DNA from: a virus | Virus record (IMG/VR): IMGVR_UViG_3300014911_000001 | Span: 1-64,000 of that record | Reading direction: 5' to 3' (one strand) | DNA: 64,000 nucleotides | Translations under genes and position numbers: made by a program | Notes under the pieces: model-generated | Database searches by the model: none | Seen by the model: the letters and a program-made list of their open reading frames with translations, nothing else | Told to the model about the DNA's origin: nothing | Part shown: piece by piece, positions 40,085 to 49,981 of the stretch | Layout of the letters: the number at the start of each line of letters is the position of its first letter | How positions within the stretch are numbered: position 1 is the stretch's first letter

Positions 40085-40224
40085 TTCTGATGGGGCAGCC
40101 CCGAAGGACTGCCCCGTTGAAAGGAGCCATCATGAGGACGGACACTTTCACCTCCTTCGAAGCCTGCTGAGGTGACCCACGAAGGGCCACCCCAGCACGA
40201 GAAAGGAGCTGCCATGAGGAGTGC
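40085..40224 (-). ncRNA. Candidate structured intergenic RNA: two repeats, each followed by a UUCG-capped hairpin
   Basis: Hairpins at 40092-40115 and 40165-40197; direct repeats at 40119-40138 and 40201-40220. Confidence 0.55.
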
Positions 40225-40770
40225 TTAGAAGCCTACATCATCATCCATATCCTTCGGGAAGGGAGGCTCTTCATCAAATTCCTCTTCGTCCTCCTCACCT
40301 ACAGGAAGCTCATCCTCCTCTTCATCCTCGATATCCTCATCTGCACTCGCGCTTGTACGCCCATCATACGGTCTCTCACGGATAAGATCCCTTATCGTCT
40401 CATCGAGATACAAATAGAGTAGATAGAGTTCGTGTGAATCAAGAGGGAAGGCCAGCTTCCTTGCTTTCTTCTTCCCTGTTTTCTTGCTAATCGTCAGGAA
40501 GAAGGTATCCTTATAGAGACCGAAGGATAGTACGCTACTTCCCTTACCGCCAGCAAGAGATGCATCGTGTATGAAGCGGACCTTCTTACCTTTTCGGACG
40601 CCAAGAGCCAGCTGGGCGGCTTCCGTTAACCCAAGCTTCATCGTTAATCCGTCATCCATGTTGAAGCCGTCGCCCTCCTCATCAGCAGGATACAGAGAGA
40701 GGTAAATACTGCGGTCCTCCACTCTAGCATTGGCTCTGAGATACACAGACTTTTTGAAAAGACTCAACAT
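40225..40770 (-). CDS. Whirly-like ssDNA-binding protein with acidic tail
   Basis: MKLGLTEAAQL, FIHD, FFLTIS, FPLDSHE pattern; tail DEEEFDEEPPF..DDDVGF. Confidence 0.6.
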   Translation of the reverse strand: MLSLFKKSVYLRANARVEDRSIYLSLYPADEEGDGFNMDDGLTMKLGLTEAAQLALGVRKGKKVRFIHDASLAGGKGSSVLSFGLYKDTFFLTISKKTGKKKARKLAFPLDSHELYLLYLYLDETIRDLIRERPYDGRTSASADEDIEDEEEDELPVGEEDEEEFDEEPPFPKDMDDDVGF

Positions 40771-40788
40771 AATAACACCTCCTTTAGG

Positions 40789-41199
40789 TTAATTATTATT
40801 CTTTTGATTCAAAAATGCAAGTGCTTTTTCCTCTGTTTCTGCTATTGTTCTTCCACAATATGGACATACCCATTTATTCAATCCGCCTGTGGAAGTGATA
40901 TCATATGGCCAATCATCATATGTTCCATCTGGATTAAGTTTCCAGCTTACAAAACACTTTTGGACATTCTCTAAATATCTTATTTCCTTATTGCAATGTG
41001 GGCATATTGGATAATTCTCCTCTTTGTAAGCGCGAAGTTCAATACGGCAATTGTATCCTTGCCTTTTCAATTCTGCTATGATATCTTCATATTCCCTTAG
41101 CCTTTCTATTACTTCATCTTTATCAACCTCATGAATGTTTGCCAACAATCGATTAACCATATTCATCAACTTGGTATCTGACATATCCTTAAGATTCAT
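40789..41199 (-). CDS. Zn-ribbon hypothetical protein
   Basis: CPHC...CPYC; N-terminus resembles 42421..42630. Confidence 0.7.
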   Translation of the reverse strand: MNLKDMSDTKLMNMVNRLLANIHEVDKDEVIERLREYEDIIAELKRQGYNCRIELRAYKEENYPICPHCNKEIRYLENVQKCFVSWKLNPDGTYDDWPYDITSTGGLNKWVCPYCGRTIAETEEKALAFLNQKNNN

Positions 41200-41211
41200 G
41201 TTTGACCTCCT

Positions 41212-41796
41212 TTATTCAATATAAATTGTAACACGAGGCCGCGGCCTCATTATCTTCTCTATAACCTTCTTCGTAAGTTCTTTACCAACAACATATTCAA
41301 AATATTTACGATCGCTAAACAGTTTACTTTCCGGTGGAATGGTACCATCAGTAAGAGCTTGATATGCATCAAGTTTAGGACTAAGATCCATACCACAACC
41401 ACCTAGTGCAAGGAAAAACCGACTGTTATACTCAAACGGTATGAGATCGCATTCTATAGCCGCATTTACATCCTCTCTATGTGGTTCATAATATACTATC
41501 CAATATGAAAGATCCTCTTTTAATTGCTCAATTGCCTGCCATTTCCTTTCATCCTCATCCTCATACTCATACTTTTCCTTATACAATTCTATAATTTCAT
41601 CAGGAAATTCCACTTTCATTATATAATCATCATCATAATCGCTTAATCGAACTTCGTCATAAAAGGACTCAAACGGCCGCGTGCGCACTCTTTCGATCAC
41701 AGCCCTTATATGTGTATTATCATTAGCCACAAGTCTATTAAACATATATGTTATAGCATCATCATGTTCGATTGTTTCTATTAGTTTCTCATTCAT
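41212..41796 (-). CDS. Hypothetical phage protein
   Basis: LALGGCGMDLS motif; RBS. Confidence 0.7.
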   Translation of the reverse strand: MNEKLIETIEHDDAITYMFNRLVANDNTHIRAVIERVRTRPFESFYDEVRLSDYDDDYIMKVEFPDEIIELYKEKYEYEDEDERKWQAIEQLKEDLSYWIVYYEPHREDVNAAIECDLIPFEYNSRFFLALGGCGMDLSPKLDAYQALTDGTIPPESKLFSDRKYFEYVVGKELTKKVIEKIMRPRPRVTIYIE

Positions 41797-42074
41797 TAGT
41801 TACCTCCTGTAGTTACCTCCTGTGAGCTGACTTTTATAAGAAGCCCGCCGTTCTCCTGCAACTCCTCTGGATCGAATTCTTCAACCTCCATGGTATGACC
41901 GCAAGCAAATGTTATCTTCCTCACATTCTTAACATAGTCGTCGGGATCCGTCATATAGAGAAAAACAGCACCGTCTTCAATAAGCGCATGCACAATGACC
42001 TGATTCTTATCATTGTAACACTTTATTTCATTACTTATTTCTCCGCATTCTGGACAGAGCCATCCCTTGTACAT
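41796..42074 (-). CDS. Zn-binding hypothetical protein
   Basis: CPECG...ACGH. Confidence 0.65.
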   Translation of the reverse strand: MYKGWLCPECGEISNEIKCYNDKNQVIVHALIEDGAVFLYMTDPDDYVKNVRKITFACGHTMEVEEFDPEELQENGGLLIKVSSQEVTTGGN

Positions 42075-42241
42075 GGAGTAACCTCCTTTCTCGTAAATGG
42101 GTTTATGAACCTCTCAAACTTCTCTCTTATAAGAAGCTCGGCGCATCTTTTACATAAAGGGTAATTTGCTTTGAGGATTTCCATGAGGGCATATGAAGGC
42201 GAGGCTTCCTTTATCTCCTTTCCGCATATCACACAACGCAT
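42035..42241 (-). CDS. Small Zn-finger protein
   Basis: CVICG...LCKRC; RBS. Confidence 0.65.
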   Translation of the reverse strand: MRCVICGKEIKEASPSYALMEILKANYPLCKRCAELLIREKFERFINPFTRKEVTPCTRDGSVQNAEK

Positions 42242-42420
42242 AATAACCTCCTTTTTACCGTATTATTATTTCACCAGAATCAATCGCGGATAATGTCTCC
42301 TCCATTTCATAAAGCTTTGTTTCTAAGAACTTTCTGCTCTCTTCACTTAGTTTATCACCATACTCCTCAAGGATCCTACTCAACATTCTCCTCCATTCCT
42401 TTAAATCCTCATAGTCACTT

Positions 42421-42630
42421 CTATGTATTACCATTTATTTCCTCCTTTTCAAAACACAACTCAAGATGTGACCTATAACCTCTACTCTCCAGTTCATCCA
42501 TTATAAGTGAGAATTCATCCCACTCATCATCAGAGATATTGGCATCACGAACCATAATAGCATAATGCAATTCCTTCGCCCTCTTTATGAGATCCTCATC
42601 TGTTGCTCTTATGATACTTGCAATCTTCAT
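42421..42630 (-). CDS. Hypothetical protein
   Basis: RBS; ELESRGY shared with 40789..41199. Confidence 0.65.
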   Translation of the reverse strand: MKIASIIRATDEDLIKRAKELHYAIMVRDANISDDEWDEFSLIMDELESRGYRSHLELCFEKEEINGNT

Positions 42631-42673
42631 TCTTCTTACCTCCTTTACCTTTAATAATATTTCTTATTTTTGA

Positions 42674-42937
42674 TTAATCAATAATTTTTTGTCCATTAAA
42701 TTGACTTTTGTAGTTGTCGTCATCTGACACAGCTAATGGTAAAACGCTTATGTGGCCTTTGTTAGCCTCCTTACATTTATCTAGGAATGAGAGAAATGAA
42801 TATTCATCCATTATGAGGTGGAAGCCGGCGGCCTCATCACTTGCTCGTACTGTTCTGAAAAAGACAAATAACTCACCATTATCAACACTAAAGTTAATTC
42901 CTATCATTGTTGCTCTCCTTTTCAAGTAACTTAGCAA
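42674..42937 (-). CDS. Hypothetical protein
   Basis: Likely start MIGINF after AAGGAG. Confidence 0.55.
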   Translation of the reverse strand: MLSYLKRRATMIGINFSVDNGELFVFFRTVRASDEAAGFHLIMDEYSFLSFLDKCKEANKGHISVLPLAVSDDDNYKSQFNGQKIID

Positions 42938-42972
42938 TCAATCTCTTTATATTCTCTATTTCTCTTTGCAGA

Positions 42973-43173
42973 TCATATACCTGCTTCGTTACTATGCTGA
43001 GGCATATTTCTAGATCTTTCAGTCTGCTCATATCGTTTCCTAGTTTTGATTTTATAGACCATACCAAACTTGTAATTCTCTGGATCGATCCATCCATGAA
43101 AGTGTTTTGGTAGAACTCTACGACCCTTGCGTTTGTAGAATGCTACCTTCTTTCTCTGCTCCTTCATCACCAA
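42973..43173 (-). CDS. Small basic hypothetical protein
   Basis: AAGGAGG RBS. Confidence 0.5.
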   Translation of the reverse strand: MVMKEQRKKVAFYKRKGRRVLPKHFHGWIDPENYKFGMVYKIKTRKRYEQTERSRNMPQHSNEAGI

Positions 43174-43193
43174 ACCTCCTTCACAGGGAAAGA

Positions 43194-43280
43194 GGTGAGA
43201 CCCGGTTACTTGAAAGGGGGTTGTTTTATGGATTATGGACCGCGCTAGGTATGCTACGCGGAGGAAGGCCGGGCCTCACC
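43194..43280 (-). ncRNA. Candidate structured intergenic RNA (12-bp closing stem plus inner hairpin)
   Basis: GGUGAGGCCCGG/CCGGGUCUCACC stem (G-U pair only on the minus strand); inner CCGCG..CGCGG hairpin. Confidence 0.5.
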
Positions 43281-43287
43281 ATACCTC

Positions 43288-43530
43288 TTATGTCTCCCTC
43301 AATAATCTTTCCTTTACATAGACCTCGAGAAGCGATCTGAATACCTTACTACTACAGAAATGCTTATCCATTACAAACACATGATCTCCTTCGGTCCTTA
43401 CTCGCTTGTCCCATGTGTGGCCGGCTTCAAGAATACTAAACACATCATCATCAGAGAGGCGGACCTCACTACCATTATCATCAGTCCTCAAAACAAACGC
43501 ATCGGGTGTGATTCTTATTAACATAATCAC
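43288..43530 (-). CDS. Hypothetical protein
   Basis: RBS. Confidence 0.6.
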   Translation of the reverse strand: MIMLIRITPDAFVLRTDDNGSEVRLSDDDVFSILEAGHTWDKRVRTEGDHVFVMDKHFCSSKVFRSLLEVYVKERLLRET

Positions 43531-44680
43531 CTCCTTTTAGGTTTATATCTACTAATAAACGATTTGTCTCCTCAAATTTCTCTCCATATTCTATTCCCAT
43601 AATATCTGCATATTCCTGTATCAGTATTGGTGCAAAGAAATAAAGACGCTTATAATGTCTATCATTTTTCCTATATCTATGTTTGACAGACAGGTATAAA
43701 GAAGTAAGTAATTTCGCATGACCTCTTGTTATCAGCAAGTCATATAAGTTGTCATTTATAACAAGATAAGTTTCATCAGAGGAAAACAATTTTGGGAAAA
43801 TTTCGGATTCAGAATGATATACTGATGCATAACGGTAATAATATTTATCACTCATGACGATCCATGGCATATCAACTGGCATCTTCACAAGACTAACATT
43901 ATGATATGGCTTATGCTCGTGACCTGTATCCAACTTCACTTCTACACTACTGTTAAACAGCGACTTCATTGTTTGGATAAGGAATAATCCACCTATGTCT
44001 ATCACATTCACTCCATCAGATGGCAAAGATTTCTTAATAGTATCAGCATCCTTATAGACTGTAGTTAATAATCCATCCGGCACTCTGATCATATAGTTGA
44101 TTGATTCACCTTGGATAACCAGCTCATTATCTGCATCTGCAAATCCTTCCGCGTCGTTTGAACTAATATACTTTTTCCATCTACCAATATAATTTCCATA
44201 AAAACCATATGGTTTATTCCGATCAGCTGACCACTTACCATACAACATTATATTGCCTAGTGATATAGGATCATTAACATCAAAGTGCAATAAAAGAATG
44301 GGCATGTCGTATTTAGCTGAAGCTGTATAAATATGCCCTATATGCGCCGTTGTAGTTGTACTATAGTGGAGATAGTATGACCTTATGAAGCACACGGACC
44401 TCTGGTAATCAGATTTACCGCTACGGCGATCATACTTGTATTCATGGAAAACATATCCAATACCAGAACTATAGGAACAGATTCTCAGTCCAACAACTCT
44501 TTTGCAAGAGTTATAATTCCTACAAAATATCCTATCATAATATTGATGAAACCAGAAAGATCCTTTGTGATTACTACACCCATCATAACGCGAGAGGTCA
44601 AAATGGGGGTTAAGCGCGGCTTCCGCTACATCATGATTCTTCATACGCTTCAGACGGATGTTTCTTACTGAAGAAGACAT
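43481..44680 (-). CDS. Hypothetical protein (399 aa)
   Basis: Long ORF; AGGAGG RBS. Confidence 0.75.
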   Translation of the reverse strand: MSSSVRNIRLKRMKNHDVAEAALNPHFDLSRYDGCSNHKGSFWFHQYYDRIFCRNYNSCKRVVGLRICSYSSGIGYVFHEYKYDRRSGKSDYQRSVCFIRSYYLHYSTTTTAHIGHIYTASAKYDMPILLLHFDVNDPISLGNIMLYGKWSADRNKPYGFYGNYIGRWKKYISSNDAEGFADADNELVIQGESINYMIRVPDGLLTTVYKDADTIKKSLPSDGVNVIDIGGLFLIQTMKSLFNSSVEVKLDTGHEHKPYHNVSLVKMPVDMPWIVMSDKYYYRYASVYHSESEIFPKLFSSDETYLVINDNLYDLLITRGHAKLLTSLYLSVKHRYRKNDRHYKRLYFFAPILIQEYADIMGIEYGEKFEETNRLLVDINLKGGDYVNKNHTRCVCFED

Positions 44681-44698
44681 CAGAAACCTCCTTTCTCC

Positions 44699-45445
44699 CT
44701 ATATATCCTTTTGCTCCCAAGATCTCCTTATGTCAATACAATTATTAATAAAATATTCCTCAAACTCATCTTTTGTTTCATCAACGAGCGTAAACATGTC
44801 ATTAATATCCTTTGCTTTCAGCGTATCCATAAGAATTTTATACCGGTGCCGCGCCTTCTTCTCATCACCCTGCTTAATAAGGTTTATAACAAACTTCTTT
44901 ACCTCCTCTACTAGCTCCTTATTCCTTTTCACGGCCTCATATAAATCCTTAACCTTTATCGTAAACTCAGTATCATTGTCATCTATCTGTACTACATCAT
45001 TAAGCTCACCTTTATACAGAAGCTCCATAAATACTATTTCGGCAACCATTTCCTTATATGCATTATCAATAATCATCTGCCTCTTTTTCCTGCACAACAC
45101 ATCACCATAGAATCTACCTATATCGCGAGCCGGCATGTAAATGATCTTATTTGATACAAGAAATGGTGCTATCGCCAATGCATTGAACTGATGGAGATTC
45201 ATCACCTCAACAGCTACGAATGGTTCATTGCTGAACAAACCACGGCAGTAGCCATTCCAATGCAACCTGATGAACTTATAATAGGTTATCTTTGCGTCTC
45301 TATTTTCCTCTATATCTCTATCGATATCGATGTCATCCTCCAGCAGGTATTCGTCATTATGGATTATAAGAATATACTTTGTCACATCCTTATCTGTCAT
45401 GCTTTCAACACCTTTTATGAGCTTCTCCTTATCAAATGTAAACAT
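44699..45445 (-). CDS. Hypothetical protein
   Basis: RBS; coupled. Confidence 0.75.
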   Translation of the reverse strand: MFTFDKEKLIKGVESMTDKDVTKYILIIHNDEYLLEDDIDIDRDIEENRDAKITYYKFIRLHWNGYCRGLFSNEPFVAVEVMNLHQFNALAIAPFLVSNKIIYMPARDIGRFYGDVLCRKKRQMIIDNAYKEMVAEIVFMELLYKGELNDVVQIDDNDTEFTIKVKDLYEAVKRNKELVEEVKKFVINLIKQGDEKKARHRYKILMDTLKAKDINDMFTLVDETKDEFEEYFINNCIDIRRSWEQKDI

Positions 45446-45666
45446 TATGCACCTCCCTCCTCCAACATTTCCTCTATTGCATCTAAATCATTGTCCCATA
45501 ATTCGATTGCTTCCTTGTATATGTCCCCAACCTCTTTAATTACTTCATACTCAAAGTATTCACCTAATATCTTAGCAACCTTTCCTTTACCATACTTTTT
45601 AATCAATTCTTCTAATCTTTTATCAACTATCACCCTTGACGGAATTTTGATTTTTAGTGTTTCCAC
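45445..45666 (-). CDS. Small hypothetical protein, possible ribbon-helix-helix regulator
   Basis: N-terminal LKIKIP strand followed by two helices. Confidence 0.55.
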   Translation of the reverse strand: METLKIKIPSRVIVDKRLEELIKKYGKGKVAKILGEYFEYEVIKEVGDIYKEAIELWDNDLDAIEEMLEEGGA

Positions 45667-45684
45667 TTGATACCTCCTTTTTTC

Positions 45685-46233
45685 TTAGTTACTTCTTAAG
45701 TCAAGCAATAATGTAGTTATGTAGTATTTTCCGATATCATTATTATGCAATCTACTATTCACATTATTGACCTTCAGATAGACACATGGATAATTACGCG
45801 TATAAAAATATGTAGATCTGATATTTGATATGTGAAAACCTTTCAATCTATAGCACATCTTTGGTGTTAATATAAGCGTTCGCATTTTCTCATTTATAAT
45901 ATATTTAAATATCTCCTTTCTTATTCTGTTCATGAAGTCGCAACGGAAAAGAACTGGTACATAATCACTCATATACACATAGACAATTTTCTCTATGTCA
46001 CTCATATTACACTCATAACTTTCACATAGGAAATTATACAACTCTGTTCCATATGCAGTTATATTGAAATTATTAAACCTCTTCTTTGTACCTGAGATTG
46101 TTATGAAGCCCGCCTTTATTTTCTTTGTTATAGTTGAGATAGCATAAGTTGGCGTCTCCTCAATCCTCACCTCCTTCTTAGGAACTAGTGCATAAACAAT
46201 TAGTTTCATGACTCCTCCTTGATTAGGTCTCAA
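45685..46233 (-). CDS. Hypothetical protein, tandem paralog family E
   Basis: VYALVPK, KAGFIT, CVY.KVNNVN..LH..DIGKY. Confidence 0.75.
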   Translation of the reverse strand: MRPNQGGVMKLIVYALVPKKEVRIEETPTYAISTITKKIKAGFITISGTKKRFNNFNITAYGTELYNFLCESYECNMSDIEKIVYVYMSDYVPVLFRCDFMNRIRKEIFKYIINEKMRTLILTPKMCYRLKGFHISNIRSTYFYTRNYPCVYLKVNNVNSRLHNNDIGKYYITTLLLDLRSN

Positions 46234-46234
46234 G

Positions 46235-46753
46235 CTATGTTACCAATAATACTGTTATCCAATACTTGCCGATATCACTTTCATGAAGTAATTCATTAAC
46301 ATTGTTAACCTTAACATATACACAATTATAAACAACATCATCCCAATAGAGAGTAACATTATAATTATGAGAAATATGAGGATGATACCTTACATACCAA
46401 TATGACCTCCTTGTTAATGGAAGCGAAATGCACCTTCCAATAAGCCATTCGTATATTTCCATCTTTACCCTGCGACAATAGGATACTTCTGATGCACCAT
46501 ACATCACACTTATAAGATTTCTAATGTCTTCACAGACATTAGGCATCACACCCTCATAAAATATCGTAAACATCCTGCAAAGCTCATTCTTATCTATTTT
46601 TATATTGATCTGCTTGTACTTGCGTTTTACTCTGTGGACAGTTATGAAGCCCGCCTTCAACTTCTTCTCCAATATTTCCTTAACATACGCATGTACTTCA
46701 CCGAATTCTACTCTCCCTTTTGGGACAAGTGCATACACCAGAATACCATCCAT
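46235..46753 (-). CDS. Hypothetical protein, tandem paralog family E
   Basis: Same motifs as 45685..46233. Confidence 0.75.
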   Translation of the reverse strand: MDGILVYALVPKGRVEFGEVHAYVKEILEKKLKAGFITVHRVKRKYKQINIKIDKNELCRMFTIFYEGVMPNVCEDIRNLISVMYGASEVSYCRRVKMEIYEWLIGRCISLPLTRRSYWYVRYHPHISHNYNVTLYWDDVVYNCVYVKVNNVNELLHESDIGKYWITVLLVT

Positions 46754-46771
46754 GTTAAACCACCTTTATAC

Positions 46772-48064
46772 CTAATCAATCAATCCCTTTATCTTGTATA
46801 CTTTGAATCCATCGAATAATCTTATATTCTTTTCATCCGATAGAGCAAACACCCATGTTCTATCTCCTTTTATCATCTCCAAGCTATCCTGATCACATGG
46901 ATATCCATCAGTAGCCATGATTTTAACGTCATACTGCTTCCTAGCCGCCTCCTTAAATACCGGACGATAGAGAGTACCTCCCGACTTTATATCCATCACC
47001 TCAGGTACTTTCTCATTACCACTTATCCGCAACCATATGTCATCAGAGAAGAATACGATATCCAAGTTGCATCTGTTCTTTAGCGGCTTTAGCATGCTGA
47101 TGAAATACCTAACTTCCTCGTCCGTTATAGATAGAGATGTATCTACAGCAATGAATACAGATAGGATGAGCTTCTTGCTTTTCTTTATGAAGCCACGCCT
47201 ATCCTCTCTATTTAGCCGTATTTTCCTTGTGAACTTCAAGCTATTCATGCCGATAAGATATTTTATCAAGTGAACCAGATCCCATTTTTCATCAAGATCA
47301 AATGCACCTCTGTTCAATAGATTTCCCACTAAGCCGGCGCCTCTTGACGCCTGGCTCTTAATAATCTCTCTATCAGATTTACCTATGCCCGCTTTAGGAC
47401 AGGATCTGTAGGTATAAGGATAGAGCACAACCGCAGCCGGCCACTCAAAGACGATGTATCTATCAGACACAACAGCTATTTTATCTTCTATCACATCTAT
47501 ACCAACACTAAATAACCGCTTACCCGATGAAAGAAGATCTTTAAACTTCTTCTGATCGCTATCCTTGTTCAGATCAAGCACATAACGATCCTTTAGACTG
47601 TCAATTAATTCCTTTGCAACAGTCTTATATTCAATATTATAATCAGGTATCCCGAATGAATCAGCATTCACCCCTATCTGCTTATAGTATAATCCGACAT
47701 AGTAATTAACAACCACATCGAAGACGATATTCCTGAATGCTTGAGCCTCCACTTTATCCTTCAATCCTGATATCTCATCAACCTTTGCCGCTATCATTGA
47801 ATCGAAATGTCCCAGCAAGATGTGCAGTAATTCGTGCACTAATATTGATGCAATATAATCAGGATCCTTCGACTCTACCGTAACAGGATTCAATACGATT
47901 TTCATCTCATCGGTAGCAAACCCTTCGTACCCTATAATGAGATCTCCTTTTTCGCGACTGCTTGATACCACAATAGGATACTTAGCAAGAAGCATAAGGA
48001 GCGCGGGATCCCGGCTCCCTATGCTCATACGCGCATAAGTTAATTTTTTATTTTTATCTATCAT
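46772..48064 (-). CDS. Metallopeptidase-like plus vWA domain protein (DUF2201-type)
   Basis: FATD, HELLHILLGH, D..VN; VDTSLSI MIDAS, GGT, TDGY. Confidence 0.85.
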   Translation of the reverse strand: MIDKNKKLTYARMSIGSRDPALLMLLAKYPIVVSSSREKGDLIIGYEGFATDEMKIVLNPVTVESKDPDYIASILVHELLHILLGHFDSMIAAKVDEISGLKDKVEAQAFRNIVFDVVVNYYVGLYYKQIGVNADSFGIPDYNIEYKTVAKELIDSLKDRYVLDLNKDSDQKKFKDLLSSGKRLFSVGIDVIEDKIAVVSDRYIVFEWPAAVVLYPYTYRSCPKAGIGKSDREIIKSQASRGAGLVGNLLNRGAFDLDEKWDLVHLIKYLIGMNSLKFTRKIRLNREDRRGFIKKSKKLILSVFIAVDTSLSITDEEVRYFISMLKPLKNRCNLDIVFFSDDIWLRISGNEKVPEVMDIKSGGTLYRPVFKEAARKQYDVKIMATDGYPCDQDSLEMIKGDRTWVFALSDEKNIRLFDGFKVYKIKGLID

Positions 48065-49119
48065 TATGACCTCTTTTGTTTACGAGATGACTTTCTATAC
48101 TCCTCGACGACCTCTTTTATTACCTCAAAGTTATCCGGATCCTCCTTCTTAAACCGTGAGAGGAAGTTATGTATATCAACATTATCGTGCATTGCTAGAG
48201 TTCCCGTGAAAATATCCGGGAACTTATCAGCAAGAAATGCTGCCATGTGCCCAGCGAGAGGGTGATATGTCTGCTTATCCATGCATTCACTTATGATTCT
48301 TGATGTATAGAAGTATAGGAGACCATACTGATCCTTGGGCAACTGTTTCACAAGCGTCGGATTCTTCTTCAGCTCATCATACTTCGGGATTTTCTTGTAA
48401 TCCGACTCGACGAAGCCCTTGATGGCCGCCGCTACCTCAGCACCTACATAGACATCTATGTGGTCGATAGGAAGCCCCGCCTTCATCATCTCGGAGCAAT
48501 CCTCTATAGCTCTTGGAGGCACACCCATCGTATCCGCATCAAGTTTCATGTGCTGGTTATAGATCGAGAAGAACATAAGGAGCCTTTCATCCCAGCCTTG
48601 TTTAACTCCATATTCAAGGACCTCTTCTACTTTCGGTACCAGCTTTACCTTCGCGCTCCTCTCTATGAATGCGTCATCCATCTCTATAACGATATAATTA
48701 TCTTTGCCCTCCTGGATATTAGCCGTCATAACGATAAACGTGCCTTTAGGAAGCGGGCGTCCATTGAATGTCTTATACTGTATAACTTCAAATAATGCCT
48801 GCTGTATGAACGGATTACACCTATTTACCTCGTCAATAAGAAACACTGTATTTTCTTTCTCAGGAAACCAATCAGTATATGTGAATTGAGATTTACCATC
48901 TTTCACAATGATTTTTCCGAGCAGATCACCAACATCCTCCATATCGCCGGGCTTAAACTTCTTAAATGGCAGGCCGTGCTCATCAGCAAATTCTTTAACT
49001 ATGGCAGTCTTGCCGACTCCTGTTGCGCCGACAATAAGCACCGGCTTCCCTGCCTTTCTCGCAGCAGGTAGAATCGTATCTTTTACTTCCTTTATGTTCT
49101 TTACTGCATATTCTACCAT
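48064..49119 (-). CDS. MoxR-type AAA+ ATPase
   Basis: GATGVGKT, DLLG, LIDEVNR, TAN, MDDAFIER, PR. Confidence 0.88.
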   Translation of the reverse strand: MVEYAVKNIKEVKDTILPAARKAGKPVLIVGATGVGKTAIVKEFADEHGLPFKKFKPGDMEDVGDLLGKIIVKDGKSQFTYTDWFPEKENTVFLIDEVNRCNPFIQQALFEVIQYKTFNGRPLPKGTFIVMTANIQEGKDNYIVIEMDDAFIERSAKVKLVPKVEEVLEYGVKQGWDERLLMFFSIYNQHMKLDADTMGVPPRAIEDCSEMMKAGLPIDHIDVYVGAEVAAAIKGFVESDYKKIPKYDELKKNPTLVKQLPKDQYGLLYFYTSRIISECMDKQTYHPLAGHMAAFLADKFPDIFTGTLAMHDNVDIHNFLSRFKKEDPDNFEVIKEVVEEYRKSSRKQKRS

Positions 49120-49140
49120 CTTGACCTCCTTTTTGTTTAA

Positions 49141-49737
49141 TTAATAATGACAATCAAAATAGACAACCCAATAATTATTGATGTCCCTTTCACTTAATGG
49201 TTTGTCATCGTACTTGATATATTCACCTCCCTCAGGCATGCGCTTATGATATATGCAACCTGCACTCATTAAGTCTTCATATAAACTTTTACTCAGATTA
49301 TGGACAACAATGTGATTATATACATTTTGCCATTCACCATAATTATTTGTGTGGGGATAAAACTGTTCATTTTCATACATCAACATAAATTTGATGAACT
49401 TTTTTATATTCTTATTAAATGCAAGTATAAGCGCTTCGTACCATATCCTCATTGAGTACACATATTCATTGATAGCATCAGATAGCTTTAATATCGTTCT
49501 GCTAACATGGAGCATCTGATAAGGATAATGTGGGGAATCATAGATGAGGTCATTGAATGCCATGTCGATGAATCGGCCGCACGGTAAGCAATAGTCAAAT
49601 CCTAATTCCTCAATATCAACATCATTATACATGAAATCATCAGCTTTATGCAGCGCTTCTGCCCTTGTCTTTGCTACCTCTTTTGGTACAAGAACATGTA
49701 ACAGCGTGTGCATGGTATCACCTCCTTTACATGTCAT
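49141..49737 (-). CDS. Hypothetical phage protein (start likely MHTLLHV)
   Basis: FDY...GRF and terminal WVVYFDCHY motifs. Confidence 0.7.
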   Translation of the reverse strand: MTCKGGDTMHTLLHVLVPKEVAKTRAEALHKADDFMYNDVDIEELGFDYCLPCGRFIDMAFNDLIYDSPHYPYQMLHVSRTILKLSDAINEYVYSMRIWYEALILAFNKNIKKFIKFMLMYENEQFYPHTNNYGEWQNVYNHIVVHNLSKSLYEDLMSAGCIYHKRMPEGGEYIKYDDKPLSERDINNYWVVYFDCHY

Positions 49738-49981
49738 CCTCCTTTTCCATATTTATTATAGCTTGTTCAACAAAAATCGCAATAATATCCTCCGGAAAGT
49801 AGTCATATGGAATTGACTCATCGTATTCTTTAGTAAGCGCGCCGCCCAATGTCAGAGCCTCCACAGTAACGCTATCAGTATTGCCATAAGGATCCTTTAC
49901 CACTAATGGAACATCGAGATAGACTTCGCCAAATTTGCACTGTCCCAAAACTGCCAACAACTGCAACCTTTGCATTGTCAT
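49727..49981 (-). CDS. Hypothetical protein
   Basis: AAGGAG RBS. Confidence 0.65.
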   Translation of the reverse strand: MTMQRLQLLAVLGQCKFGEVYLDVPLVVKDPYGNTDSVTVEALTLGGALTKEYDESIPYDYFPEDIIAIFVEQAIINMEKEDDM

